The position numbers and the translations under genes were made by a program. DNA of 63,963 nucleotides, counting the filler, from Octopus bimaculoides (taxonomy: Eukaryota): the NCBI RefSeq assembly GCF_001194135.2. It is 5 parts of 5 records of this genome, joined end to end, with 100 filler letters (N's around TTAATTAATTAA, not from the genome) between each part and the next. Parts side by side here need not be neighbours in the genome. Positions count along the whole stretch, not along the records: positions 32,226 to 56,312 come from NC_068993.1; 4 more parts are not named here. One strand, given 5' to 3'. The notes beneath the pieces are model-generated. The model saw only the letters and a program-made list of their open reading frames with translations, ran no database searches and had not been told where the DNA came from. Positions 39,488 to 53,829 of this stretch are shown piece by piece (within the stretch, counting starts at the first letter, position 1; each line of letters begins with the position of its first letter).

Positions 39488-40719
39488 TGTATGTATGCAT
39501 ATTTGTATGTATATAGGTATGTGTATGCATGAAGCTATTATATGCGTGTAATTATGTGTGTATGTGACGGCTTCGGCCCGCAAATGTGTGTGTGTGTGTG
39601 CGTGTGTGTGTGTGTGTGTTAACATGTGTATACACATATATAAATGTGTGTTGACACGTGTATATGTAAAATACACATAGACAGACTCATATACGTATAA
39701 ATATACATAGATCTTGTTTATGTGCAAGTGACGGGTAGGTTTCTTTTAATTTTTGGAGAAAAGTCTTTAGGCAAAAACATGTTTAATAGTGTTACTACAA
39801 TGTCAATATGGAGGTTATAAGTCTTCTATCTAAAATGGAAATAAAAAATAAAAAATGCGAATCTTTAACTTGAATTCAGCAACTATTTTTAAAGTTCTTC
39901 AACGCCATATTAATTGAACTCGTTATGGATTTTCACACCTAAACTTTTCACCTTCTTTTCAACTAATTTCTTTTACAATTTATATATTCCTCCCCAGAAA
40001 GAAATGGAGAAAATTAAGTAAGCATTAGTGCGAGTGAAGGAATATTTTCTATATTAACCAATATATGTCTTGGAGACTGTAATTTCTTTGTCTGGCACAA
40101 AGTTATTCAAGAAAATCGGGATGAGTTAATTGAAATACTTTTGTTCTTATGAATACAATTCTTTTTCTTTCTCGTTATCTCGTGTCTATTTGAGATATTT
40201 CTTGCGAATTTCAGAACTTATTTTCATATTTTTATTAGAATTATTTCAAGTAACTGTGAAAGAATCTTCTATTTCGATATTGTTATCGCAGAATGAAAAC
40301 TATGTTAAAATTATTTCTTTCTCAGTCTCAGTTGATTTTATTTTTTGAATTTTTGTATTTACATATATGTACACACACACACACACACACACACAAGCGC
40401 ACGCACACACACGCACGCACACACGCACTCATCACACACACACACCACTAACACTGATGGATGGTCATGAAAGAGTGAGAAAGAATACATGTGTATATGT
40501 ACATACACACGCAAAACACACACGCGTTAGTGTGTGCGTGTGTGTGTGTGAGCGTATGTGTATGTTGTATATGTCCATATATATGTATGTATTTAAAAAT
40601 TCTTAAAAGTCACAATAATTGTGACTAATTATATAAATTTTTGTTTTAACTTGAGATGATATATACCTTTTGGAAACACTCATCATTCTGTTTTTCGTTC
40701 TTAGATAGACAGACAGACA

Positions 40720-40756
<37 letters not shown>

Positions 40757-40804
40757 ACAGGCAGGCAGACAGGCAGGCAGACAGGCAGGCAGNNNNNNNN
40801 NNCG

Positions 40805-40842
<38 letters not shown>

Positions 40843-40857
40843 TAGATAGATAGATAA

Positions 40858-40934
<77 letters not shown>

Positions 40935-43900
40935 AAAATTTGTCCACGAGTGTTTTATGATCTTTGTGTTATATACTGACATACTATTACTTTTTTAGAA
41001 ATAATCATCTTCATGAATCAGGATGCCAAGCTTTGGATCACTTACGCCTCCAAAACTTCGTCTATTCAGATGAATCAACACCTTAGCGCAGCTTGTATTA
41101 GTGCCTATTTATAGATGCATGGATCTGATCACTGAGTGACGCATATCTTTCAGAGAGACATATGTTGGATGTGTGAGCTATTCAGTTTACAGTTTGACAC
41201 GCCCTTAATTCAGACTTTTGTCGCTTTTCTCCTAAGTTAAATATTTACTGTAAAACATCATTTCAGTTTTATCAAGAATTAACTTGATACGTGGGTTTTA
41301 TTAACGTCACAGACAACAGCTGCGGTGTATTATAGAATATATATTATACTTTTATTACAGAATACTCGTCAATATTAATGCAGTGGAAAGCGCAACTTGG
41401 TGCTTAGTTATCGGCTAACCTAATCTACGACTCTAAATTTTATTTAAACTTTTCTTTAACAATTGTTTCACTCATTTTATACAACTAATATTGTCGATAA
41501 TGAGATGTCGGCACTGCTATTTCTCCTCAATCGAAAACTTTACTGATGTAGTGTCATGTGACAATAAATACAAAAATTAAGTTAATCAAGGAATTTATAT
41601 ATAATTTAATTGTTCAAAATACTGATAAGTAAAAAAAACTCCAAAAATGATATAAGTGATAGATTTTTGTTTTTGTTGCTATTTAGCCCCATGACAGGCT
41701 TAGTCGAGCACACCTATGATCGAAAGTGTTCCAGACAATACTATTCCAGTTTTCAAGATATCACTACATTGTTGTATGTATTCTTTATGTTTCGTTCTTT
41801 TAAATTGTGGGATTTGACTGCTATTTCCAGTTAGTCCGGTAACTATTTACAGTTCACCCCCTTTTCTTCAGTTGTATTTTTTTGTGACGTGTACGGGGTA
41901 TTTATCAGCTGGAGGAAATTTTGTAAACAATGATTTTACAATATTGAGCACGTTATGGATGACTTCGAAGTTTTTTAGTTTGATCTTAGTTTAATGATAA
42001 ATACGAGTTACTCTGATGAGGATCAAGTAGTGTGAGGTTTACAGTAATAATCGTTACTTTTTAAATTGAGCAAATCGCCTCAGTTCCACTCATAAAACAG
42101 AAATAGTTACTTGATTATGAGACGAATATAAGATACAGCATATATTTTACTAGTGTCGTCTAGAACTACATTTTGCACTCTATTATTTTTGTTTATATGG
42201 AGAAAAATCCAGCAATCATATTATTTATTATATATATACAATACGATGGAAAACTCTTGGGTTTTATAGACTGACAGATTTAGATTTCAGGCAAACAAAT
42301 TGTGTCGAGAAATTGCTAAAGGAGTGAGTAAAACTACCCAGATTTAAGTATCTCTAGTCATCGTGCAAAGACATGGCTTCTCTGTTGTCTGACACTATGT
42401 CAGCCGATTTAATTATGATTGACTCAATAATACAGTATATTCAATGTTTTGATTTAATTAGGATGAGAGCAACTGTTTTTCCCTTCTCAATGATACGTTT
42501 AGCTGCGTAAAGTATTTAAGGCATATACGATATTTTTGGTTGTGATGTCGTTATCAGAAAACGCCATGTGCCGTGCAGTGTAGCAGACGGAATATATAGT
42601 ATGGCCTAGAGTGGCCTACACTAACAATTCGGGCATTTTCTGAGTGAAGCAGTATGCCGGGCAAGACATGTTCGATAGGTGTAATGTAACAATGAAAGCA
42701 TTCTACATGTAAAGCGGCGTCCAAATAAGATAGTCTCTAAATTAGTCACTTTCCAATTAGAGATCAATAGCTAACAAACCCCTCTTAAACCACATTCTGT
42801 CGTCTTGAAATATAAGTACTTATTGAATAGACTGAAAGTATGCGGTGGCTAAAGTTAGTATGTCTTTAGTCATAGATTTCTTCGACTAAGGCTGAATTAA
42901 TGGTAAATAGCAACAGGAGATATTATATGACAGCCGGAACATACTGTATAGGATATAGTGTAATAACCAAACTATACTGTCAGTTGAAATGTGATATTCA
43001 AAACAATTGCTCCATGTGTGACAGGTAACTACACTTACGTCTGTATGGTAAGAATGTTTTGTGAACAGGTGTAAGATTTTTATTGAAATTAAACTGGGAT
43101 GTACAGTCATCTCATCGATATTTTTCCTCTAATCTCAACTTATGCACACAAGCATGCGATCAATAATCGATTAAGAGTGTTGGCAATTTCACTAACCATC
43201 ATATATCAATATCATTAGATTATTTGTGTTTTTACCATAAAACAACAACTCTTATTCTGCAAACAAATGTCAAAATGTTCAGTTAAAGAGTAGGTTTATA
43301 GTCGTTGTCGTTTTAGAGATATTCATTATTCATCTAGTTATAGTCTGCAAAATAAATACCAGTAATGTACGAGAGATCATTCTCCTGTTCAGATAAAACC
43401 AATGTCATGCCTAGCAACAAGACAGAATTTGCATTAATGTGTGTGCTTAGTTATTATAGTTGCTGGTGTTTATATTTGTTCATGGTGGTGGTGGTGGTGG
43501 TGGTGGTGGTGGTAACTGTACTTTAATTGTGATATTGATGTTGTAGTAGCCAAAATTATTGTAATATTGGTGTCGGGTGTTAGCAGTTACAATTTGTTGC
43601 CATCCTCCTCGGGTCTCTTCGGACGGCTAGATCTATAATATATATGAGTCGGTTTTTTCTCCATATATGGTGCTGACAGTGTTATTGTTCAGTATTGTGT
43701 CTGATAACAGATTGGACTTCAAATATGTTATTCTCGTTTAGAAGGTAATAACAACTTTGTTTAATGATATGTGGTCGTTATCTTGAGCATATCCTCAGAC
43801 TACCTAAAAATATTCTCCTCAGCTCATGAGGTACCTTGCTGTTTTCGTGCTGTCGTACTTAGTTTTCTTCGAACAATTTGTCTGAAACATTCAAAGTAGC

Positions 43901-44397
43901 TTTTGGTTTAGGAAATGTTGTTGCACATATTATTTTAGTAGCTCATGTATCTGATGCTGTTCTTGCTTTAAAATTTGCTACTGTTCTTCGTATTGTTGTA
44001 AATTTTATCGTTGTTTCTTATTCTTTTGTGAAATGCAATTCTTCTCGATATTTTAACTATTATAGTTACTGTGGTTTGTTTTTGTATGCTTTTCTTATTG
44101 ATTTTTTGGTTTTAGTTATGTATCTGTAATCGAGAAACGTTAATAGGTGTGTTTTATCATGTATGAGAATATAAAGTTACTTTTTTCATTGTTATTATTC
44201 TTACAGCTATGCATATGGATGTTATGTAGTTGTTTGAGTGTTATGCAGAAGTATCGTTCATAATTGAGAATCACTAACAGACGCACACATGCACAAAACC
44301 ATATATGCACAAAAGCATATATGCACAAAAGCATATATGTGTGTGTGCACGTACATGCATGCACACATTCATATATATATATATATCTGTATGTATG

Positions 44398-44438
<41 letters not shown>

Positions 44439-46043
44439 GTGTGAATGTATGTATAGATAGATATGTATGTGTATATGTACGCCTATATATTTATGTATAT
44501 ATATAGGCAAATCAAAAATAAAAACAAAAACAAGAAAATCAGGAAAATCCACAAAAGTCAAAAGACCGTACACAGTGATAATATATTAGAGTGACGTGTA
44601 TACACCCTCATACATGCAAGCGCACAAACAGTTGATCACTTGCAAGTTCACGCAAAAAATAATGCATAATATGCACGCATACTTACACATTTACGTGTGT
44701 GTGTGTTGTGTTGTGTGTATGTGTGTGTGTACGTGAGTGTGTTATGATCAATTGTGTGTGGTTGCATGTATGAAGGTATAGACACATCGCCAATCTAGTA
44801 AAATACATGGATCTGGATTTGAGATGGTTTACGCTATTTTCGTCACAATGACTTTGTGTGTGCATGCGTGTGCTACAGGATTGAATGATGATGTAAATGT
44901 ATGTGAATGCAAATGTGTGCTACCATGTGTTCAACGTTTAACAAAAATAGATTTATAAAACTATCGTCGATTTTAACAAAAGAAAGAAACTAACGTCGAC
45001 TTTTAAAAAATTATTTTATCATGTGTAATTTTGAGATTCACGTCTTCNNNNNNNNNNNNNNNNNNNNNNNNNNNNNNNNNNNNNNNNNNNNNNNNNNNNN
45101 NNNNNNNNNNNNNNNNNNNNNNNNNNNNNNNNNNNNNNNNNNNNNNNNNNNNNNNNNNNNNNNNNNNNNNNNNNNNNNNNNNNNNNNNNNNNNNNNNNNN
45201 NNNNNNNNNNNNNNNNNNNNNNNNNNNNNNNNNNNNNNNNNNNNNNNNNNNNNNNNNNNNNNNNNNNNNNNNNNNNNNNNNNNNNNNNNNNNNNNNNNNN
45301 NNNNNNNNNNNNNNNNNNNNNNNNNNNNNNNNNNNNNNNNNNNNNNNNNNNNNNNNNNNNNNNNNNNNNNNNNNNNNNNNNNNNNNNNNNNNNNNNNNNN
45401 NNNNNNNNNNNNNNNNNNNNNNNNNNNNNNNNNNNNNNNNNNNNNNNNNNNNNNNNNNNNNNNNNNNNNNNNNNNNNNNNNNNNNNNNNNNNNNNNNNNN
45501 NNNNNNNNNNNNNNNNNNNNNNNNNNNNNNNNNNNNNNNNNNNNNNNNNNNNNNNNNNNNNNNNNNNNNNNNNNNNNNNNNNNNNNNNNNNNNNNNNNNN
45601 NNNNNNNNNNNNNNNNNNNNNNNNNNNNNNNNNNNNNNNNNNNNNNNNNNNNNNNNNNNNNNNNNNNNNNNNNNNNNNNNNNNNNNNNNNNNNNNNNNNN
45701 NNNNNNNNNNNNNNNNNNNNNNNNNNNNNNNNNNNNNNNNNNNNNNNNNNNNNNNNNNTATATATGCATGTCTATGTGCGCGTGGTATGTGCGTGATATG
45801 TAATTATGTGCATGAATATATACATATACTTACACATATTTATATATGCAAATATATTTCTTATGTATGCGCAAATATATATACATATATGTGTCTGTTG
45901 TGCATGTGTGCGTGTATGGATGTACGTAATCATGTATAAATGTATGTGTGAGTGTTTGATCAATTCGTATGTTTTACGCATTATGCATTCATGTGTACAT
46001 CTACATATATGTTTACGATTGTTTGTGTACTCATATGTATGTG

Positions 46044-46106
<63 letters not shown>

Positions 46107-49002
46107 ATCAGCTTGTCTGTGCTATATATTGTTCATGTATATATGCAAATATAAATGAATATACATACAAACATTGATATTGAATACAAATATGCAAATA
46201 TATCGATGCAGAAATAGACATCTACATATATACTCCATATTATCCATATAGAGTCACATTCTAAGAAATTACCATACAGTAGAGGACATTTAGATGCAAA
46301 TAAAGATGACTATATATATAAATATATAGAGAGAGAGAGAGGGGGGAAAGAAAGAAAGAAAGCAGTTCTTTCAAAGTGGGTATTAAAAACGAAATAAAGT
46401 GGAAGCCTGTCCACTTCATTGGATGTAAGTGATATAATGGTGGATGAATTCAATCAGTGCAGATGATAGCGATGACTCAGAACCCAGAGTTACAATGACA
46501 GAGCAGATATAAAATGGAAAATGACGAAGTCCAAAGAAACGTCTTACTATATACTCCTTGAACTTCACATTTCCCATGCAATAACTACACTCTCAAATCC
46601 GATTAACGGACATTAAACGAAAGCTTCCGGTGCAAATCTCCAATGTCTTTCAAATAATTTTTACTTTATATTCTTTATTAATAGGATACTTTATACATGG
46701 GATTCATTTTAAATCATTCAGATTATCAATTTGGAAAGAAAAATCAATTTTATAACAAAGAATACACAACATGCTGCACGATTTGTACGTTCATACAAAG
46801 ATGAATTTACAAAAAGAAAATTGTTTTTAGTTCATTCTGTCCAGTTTCTCAAAAGTTGGAAAGGAATTTTTCAATATGTATTAAGATAGGATTAGATATA
46901 TTGTCTTTGGAACGCCAAGGTTGTATTTTCGTACTGTATCTGTGTATTTCATATATCTTAGATAAAGTGTTCGCGTCTTGCACGAATGAGAAGCTTATCA
47001 GGATAGATAATTATATAGTGTGGAGTATTTATTGCTACACTACGCTAATTTAAAATAAGTTCAGTGCTTGTTAAATGTCTTCACTGTTAACTTTTTTCGT
47101 TTTGTTGATGTTAGAAACAAGTGGAAATTGATTTCCAAAACGAAATATATTGTATCAGATTCTTTTTTACATTAATCCAATCGTTATTTCTAATGTCAGA
47201 TACGATGTTGTTATCATGTCTAGTCTAGGCACAATTATATGAACCAAGGAAATATTCTCTCAATTTTCATCCCCTTCTTTCCTAGGGTAATCAAAATATA
47301 GCTAGGACTCCTTTGTTTGAAACTATTATTCGAAGCAGTCGAAGATAAAAAATTAATAGGAAACCATTCTCAGGCAGATTTTGTAAAATAATCAAGTATT
47401 CCATTTATATTAATCGTTCGATTTGTACCAATCATTCCTTCAGGGTAATGCTTCTGGTCGATGAAGTGTGGGGGATAACAGTCAAAAATACTTCCAGAAC
47501 TCACCAACAGGAGATACATTCGACATGCCTGAAAATTATATATTACATTATTTCTCCCAATACAACCTTTGGCATGTTATATCAATCTTTTTGTTTCTCT
47601 TATGTAAAGTGACCATAATCTGTTGTCAAAATCACGGTGGGATTGTTTTTATAGTTTTGTCACAGGTTAATAGGGTAACGTGGGTCATTTTAAGTGGATG
47701 TACTGTAGAGCCGTTGCCAAAAGCAAAAAAAAAAGACATTAGTATTACTTCAGCCTTGAAGTTAACAAATAAATGACAAAATGATTGATTTGCAAGCCAT
47801 GGATCCAAATCGATGGAACATCGATGTTCATTTAGCTTTCTAGGCAGACCATGTAATTTTACGTTTCCACAAACACAATCAAGTTATGACCATCCAAGTG
47901 CAGTATCTAGTGTACAAGGGTTATTTCATATCCATTTATAGACGGACTTTAAAATCAATTACGTGAATAAATCTTTGATTTGCAAAAGGATTCATTTATT
48001 CTCAAGATACATAAATGATATTTAAGACTAAAATTAATTACTATTGAAAGTGAAACGAAAATATATTCAACAGTGCGTTGTTTATCGGGGAAATTGAAGT
48101 AAAATGTAATAATATATGCAGGAAATGTATTAACTTTTTTGTATTCATTCATGTTCGTTAATGTGCACAGAAAACAAGACAAATGACTTCTTCTAAGAAT
48201 TGAAATTATTCAGAACATTACGTTAGTTTACAATAGCTGAGATGAAGCAAGTTAATAGATTTCAAGTTCTATTTTCAATGAAATATTGAAAAACAATATA
48301 GGCATCAGAAAATGTATTTAAAGATTGAGAAAACACTTCTACTAAAAACACATTAGGCAAGGACTTGAATTAAACAAAGGGTTAACATCAATTCAATTTG
48401 TTTATTTACATCTGGGGATTTCCCTACCATTTGTTATCCTGTTTTTATGAACAACTGTGAACATATGATGCACATGCGTGTGCAGATGTGTATGTTTTTG
48501 TGTATACGTGCATATGCTTACATACACATATAATATACCGTACTTACAAATGCTACGCAACGACATTGATTTAGCTTACCGTCATTCAGAAATTCTATTC
48601 AATAATTTAAAATAAGGCTTTCTTCAGAATGAATAAATATTTCGCATTTATCTCATAATTTTGTAACAAATTAAAATATTGATGAATTGTCATTGCCATT
48701 CATTTCAATATTTTAAGCTTTTATACATATCCAAAAAACACACAACACACGTTAGTACGTGCGCTAGCATTTGCACGCACACGCTCACAAACTTTATGAG
48801 ACAATCAATCGTACGTTCATTATAAATATTTCCTTCTTGAAAAGATATATCAGATTTTATATTCACAGACTACTTACCAGCCAGGAACACAAAAGATTAT
48901 CTTCTCTGTCCTTTGATGTCTTTCGGATTTGTAAATCACTAACATCTATGCAATGGTTTTGAAACATACCTCGAAATCACATCTAATATGTCGAAATAGC
49001 TT

Positions 49003-49190
49003 ATGGCAGATTCTTTACTGCGACGTTTCTTCCGACTTTACGTTCTAAGTTCAAATGCCGCCAGAGTCGACTTTACCTTACATCCTTTTGGGGTTGATAA
49101 AATAAGTACTAACTATTAACTGGATCGATGCAATTGACTTACAGCTTTCTACAAAATTGCTGGACTTGGGCCAAAATTTGAATCCAATAT
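49003..49190 (+). mobile_element. SINE family B, degenerate
   Basis: TTTACGTTCTAAGTTCAAATGCCGCC.GAGTCGACTTTACCTT.CATCCTTTTGGGGTTGATAAAATAAGTAC matches the reverse complement of the 1050-1470 copies. Confidence 0.75.
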
Positions 49191-49306
49191 TTCAAAATTG
49201 TTTCCTACTAAAGTATTACCTAACACTAAATACTTGACTGGGTTACATATACTTAGATGTATAGCAGTTCACATATATAGGCAGATATATATATAATTTA
49301 TGTGTG

Positions 49307-49349
<43 letters not shown>

Positions 49350-50462
49350 AGAAACAGTAAAAGGTGTTGTTGCTATTATGTTAAATTTTTCCAAATTTTG
49401 CCAAATGCGTTTTTTTTTTTTCGGTATTTATTTTTGCTTGCAACAGCCGTTACTTTTGGTCAAACTTTCGTATCTCCAGCTGCTTCAGATGCCAAGCTAT
49501 CAAAAATTGTCAAAGTGTAGTACAACGGTTTTTATATGTCTTAGTGACCTTGCACTGGATATGACTACTAGTTTTTAAATGAATTGCATATTGCCAGTGC
49601 TGCAACCTTGAGTGCTTGTAAAACGTGATGAAAAAAGTTGATAGTTGTTTTTTAGTAGAATAAAATTTGGTGTGATCACTTTAGCCTTTAGATTAGTTAA
49701 GTTTTCTGCCAGAAACGCAGATTAGAATACCATCACACACCAAACTATTTGGTATTCTTACAGAGTTCCACCATTTACCATTATATCAGATATATGCGTT
49801 TCTATTTGCATCTTCTATCTGTAATGAGATACAGAAACCTCTTCTCACAGAATTAGCAATTAAATTATTAGACGCTACAGCATCGCCAACTCCTATAAGA
49901 AATATTCCGAGAATTGTGCTAACGCTTTCTTCAAATATCGAACCAGAACGGTAAAGCACTGCATATCGGAGTGCACCCTGTGCTGCAGATTAAAAGGATT
50001 TCTAGTAAGCTAATCGCCTCCAATTGATCAAGTGATAACCGAATTGTCATAAGTCTGATAAATAGAGGCTGTACAACACAGTAATACTTTTTTGGCATTT
50101 TATGTCTGGCAGGAAGTATTTCCAAAGTATAGCTTCTTCTAGTCATTCTCATATACACAATTTATATTATCATAGTTTAATCTAAAATAATTTTCCTCGC
50201 AACATGTTTAAAATTGTATGCTCTATTCACATAGCTACATTATACCATGTATCTATATGTGTGTGTTTGTATGTGTGTATGTATGTATGTATGTATATAC
50301 GTATGTATGTATGTATGTACGTATGTATGGATGTAATAATTTTTGATAAGTTGTAAAAAACAACTCTAGCGGCAATAACAAGAAACAGAATAAATTGAAA
50401 GAAAGAATACTTTTGTATAAGATTGTATTAAATTGAAATAGTTTTGATTTCTTAAGGCTTAC

Positions 50463-50708
50463 CTTCAAGGCTGTTGTAGATTATAGCAATCCGCTTTTTA
50501 TCTCGGTAATCCAGCATGTCCTTGACGGCTCTGAAGAATGTAGAAATACCCGGAAACAGACGAATCAAATTTCCGCCGATTGCTCGATCTGAGATTGCCA
50601 AGGTAGTCACAAAATAAGGTATATTCAGGTGATTCGTCGCTTTAGCCATTACTGGGTTGAAATTTCCCAAAACTGCTCGAACATTATCCGCTTCCAGTGT
50701 GTCAATCA
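50463..50708 (-). CDS. Internal exon of an ionotropic glutamate receptor (non-NMDA/kainate-like), amino-terminal LIVBP-like domain
   Basis: Acceptor TTTACTTTCAG|TG and donor GAAG|GTAAGC; 246 nt, phase 1-1, open. (V)IDTLEADNVRAVLGNFNPVMAKATNHLNIPYFVTT...LIRLFPGISTFFRAVKDMLDYRDKKRIAIIYNSLE(G) aligns by eye with the kainate-receptor segment ACDQL..GVAAIFGP...LGVPHIQT...VSLYPDFSSLSRAILDLV..FKWKTVTVVYDDSTG. Confidence 0.85.
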
Positions 50709-51399
50709 CTGAAAGTAAATATAAAAATATACAGTAGTAAGACATCAGATTAAAAGCGTCGTACATTTATATGTTATTAACAATTTGTTATGCGCATGAT
50801 TTTTCTCAAGAAAGACAGGACACTGTAGCTCTCCAATACAGTGCATATGTCGTGTGTATTTTAAATGTTTACAATGCAACTAATTTCAAACGTAGGTGTG
50901 ATATTTGGGCAATAAGATATGAATAGCAATTTGATATAAAAAATATAATTACTTTATATTTTAATATGAAATATAAATAACAATTTTAAAAGTTTTCACT
51001 GTAATTAAGAAGTTATTTTATATCAACAAATAAGGCTCGTGGTTTTATGGTTTACTCTCAGTGACTCTATAGGTTGCTTTCTTGTGCTGAAACGCTTAAT
51101 TCACCTCGACGCATTTTAACATCACAGATAACCAGTGCATTAGGGAGGTGATGTAGATGTTTCTCGAAAGTTAGTTTACTTCTTTTCCCTTATGATTTTT
51201 GTTCGGTGGCACATATCTGCGATACTATCGTGTTAGTATCCCGGTAGTGAAATTATATCAATGACCAGGGATCAGGTCGCAAAAGTGTGATGGAATTTTG
51301 ACACTACATAGAACGGGTTTTCAAAATCAATAAAAAAGTAGACACGGTTTGTTATTAAGAAGGTATTAATGTTAGCTCAATTTTATAGTTTAGTGTATG

Positions 51400-52560
51400 G
51401 CATTTTAGTTGTTTTGTGAGCAATGACTTCATTCACACAATATACTTTATGTGTAGTTAATTTAACTTTCAATCTAGTCATGTATTTGTTCTGTTGTATT
51501 TGTGTATTTATCATTCTATTGTTTAGTCTAATAATTTCTTATAATAACTATTATTGTTTGGTTTATTTTATTCTATTGACTTCTTTATCGAGTGCACCAC
51601 TTGTAGAATAAACTCTAAATACTCTACGTAAAGATTTTTTCTCGTATCCGGGTGCATGCATTTATTTTCTGTATCCAGGTAAATGCATTTATTTTCTGTA
51701 TCCAGGTATATGCATTTGTTTGTGGTTTTTATGTAAATGGGTTCGACGTTCCTATGATTTTATGATTATCCATGTCTAGAAATGGAGTTTTATTGCTGTG
51801 AATTAATTTATAGCGTTCTGAATAATGATTTCTAATGAAAAATTATTTTCTAGGTCTTTTCATAATTTTTCTACCTCTCTTGCTATCACCATTACAACGA
51901 GTATGTCGTCCATGTATCTTGTGTATAATGTATGCGTTTTGATTTTCATTTTGGAAATGTGGGAATAGAGCCCTTAATGAAGAATCATAGCTACTTCATC
52001 GTTTTGCAGGTCTTATAGCCAGTAAAAGAGTAATATTTCTTTGTACTGTATATGTACGCTAATAATTTCTTTAGTATGTTCACCGATATTGTTGAAGATT
52101 TCATTCTTAGTTGCTTGTATATATTATTCGAAGGGGCTTTTTCAGCCACTGAAATATTTTCGACATACTTTCTATGTCGAAGTTGGAGAAAACGCTTAGA
52201 TCTTAAGTCTTAGATCACTAAAAGCTTTTCAGATGGCTATATTATATTAAGCCATGCACACCGGAGACTGTGTGTATTGCTTAATAATTATATCAAATTG
52301 TTTAGCGATGGTGGATGATGACGATAGATTTTATTTGAAATACCCTCGGTCATCAGGGCTAGTTTTGGTTCTTTAGTGTTAGTCCTTCTAGTGTTATATA
52401 CTAAGATGTGTTCACCTTCAGTGCTGGAAAATAAGGAGCTTCCATAATGGCTGCAATCTGTTCAATCAGCATCACATATATTTTTCCAATTCATTATAAA
52501 TTTATTTTGATATGGACTAAATTCTATATTTTGGTCGGATATTCTTCTTAATTCATGACT
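51400..52560 (-). mobile_element. Degenerate Penelope-like RT (classical YMDD type)
   Basis: KEPKLA, FSNFDIESM, LYTRYMDDILVV, TPFLD, YSTSGALDKEVNRIK in order on the minus strand, with many stops. Confidence 0.65.
51656..51717. repeat. 27-bp tandem repeat inside the PLE relic
   Basis: ATGCATTTATTTTCTGTATCCAGGTAA about 2.3 times, plus a degenerate upstream unit. Confidence 0.8.
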
Positions 52561-52682
52561 ACGAATATATTACATATGTAACTTTTACATTTCATGATAA
52601 TATCATTATTATATAAATTGTGAAACCTCTTTCCGTTTCGTGATAATGTATATATATACATATACGATAGCGTCTCCTATTG

Positions 52683-52929
52683 AAGATGACGTATGAGTGT
52701 TCAGTTTGTGCCGAACGATCTGGACAAACGATTTGTTTATAGTGATCAAATGTTCGTGCTGCATATTAGCTCACTCTCTCCATCAAAGCCTCGGGTGTCA
52801 AAGCGATCGCAGAACAACGTGAGATGTAGTGTTTTGCTCAAGAACACAACGCAGCACCCAGTCTAGGTATTGAATCACGTTCACGCTATCGTGAGTGCAA
52901 CACCCTTACCACTGGGCCGTGCGCCCTCA
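52683..52929 (-). mobile_element. tRNA-derived SINE, family C
   Basis: Minus: GGCGCACGGCCCAGTGGTAAGGG...GATTCAATACC...TGTGTTCTTGAGCAAAAC. Confidence 0.75.
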
Positions 52930-53184
52930 TGTGTGTGTATGTGTGTGTGTGTGTGTATGTGTGTGTGTGTGTGTTTGTGTGTGTGCGTGTGTGTGCGCGT
53001 GTGTGGGTGTGTGTAATAGGTAGGTAGGTAGGTAGGTAGCTAGCTAGCTAGCTAGCTATGTATCTATGTATCTATGTATGTATTAAATTGCGAGTTAAAG
53101 CAGTTCAAGTAATGTAAACATTATCGATCTCATATGCAGAATGTATCTTTTTTATTTACTCACGAATTTGCAACAGATTTTCAA

Positions 53185-53567
53185 TCATTAGACTACGGCC
53201 ATACTGGATCACTGCCTTGAAGAATAAAACGATCCTAATACTTATTAAACCAGGCACTTATTCTATCAACCTTTTTTGCTGAACATCTAGATTACGGGAA
53301 CGTAATCTCAACAATTCTTGTTTTCACGCGGCAGTAGGGGAGAAACACAGACACACAGACACACACAGACACACACAGACACACACAGACACACACAGAT
53401 ATATATATATATATATATATATACGCCAGGCTCCTTTCAGTTTCCGTCTACCAAATCTATTCAGAAGGCTCTGGTCAGACCGAGGCTGTAGTAGAAGACA
53501 TTTGTCCAATATACCCGGAATCATGTAGTTAGGAAGCAAGCTTCTTACCACACAGCCACTCCTGCTC
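53185..53567 (-). mobile_element. SINE family A, degenerate full-length copy
   Basis: Head at 53420-53567 and tail at 53185-53330 match the reverse complement of 11100-11500. Confidence 0.75.
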
Positions 53568-53829
53568 CTACACACACACACACACGTACATATATACATA
53601 TATTACATACACACGAGTAAGTACATAAATGTACATAACAAGGTAAGACATTGGTACTCGGAAACTGAAGCCAGAGTAATATGCATTTCTATTAAAGCAG
53701 CTTTGTAACTTTAATTAAAAAAAAGTATGTATGTGTATGTATATATATATATATATATNNNNNNNNNNNNNNNNNNNNNNNNNNNNNNNNNNTATATATA
53801 TGTATATATATATATATATATATAAAGTA

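Noticed and set aside
48878-48970. Perfect minus-strand donor CTG|GTAAGT with frame DVSDLQIRKTSKDREDNLL as the next iGluR exon
   Set aside because: Poor acceptors, too short, and no convincing similarity to the expected L.RLQ.L segment.
49780-49990. Open minus frame AQGALRYAVLYRSGSIFEE after a CTGCAG acceptor
   Set aside because: No iGluR similarity and no good donor.
51240-51330. Possible inverted SINE B partner flanking the exon (circRNA-promoting pair with 49003-49190)
   Set aside because: Similarity is too low for stable pairing.
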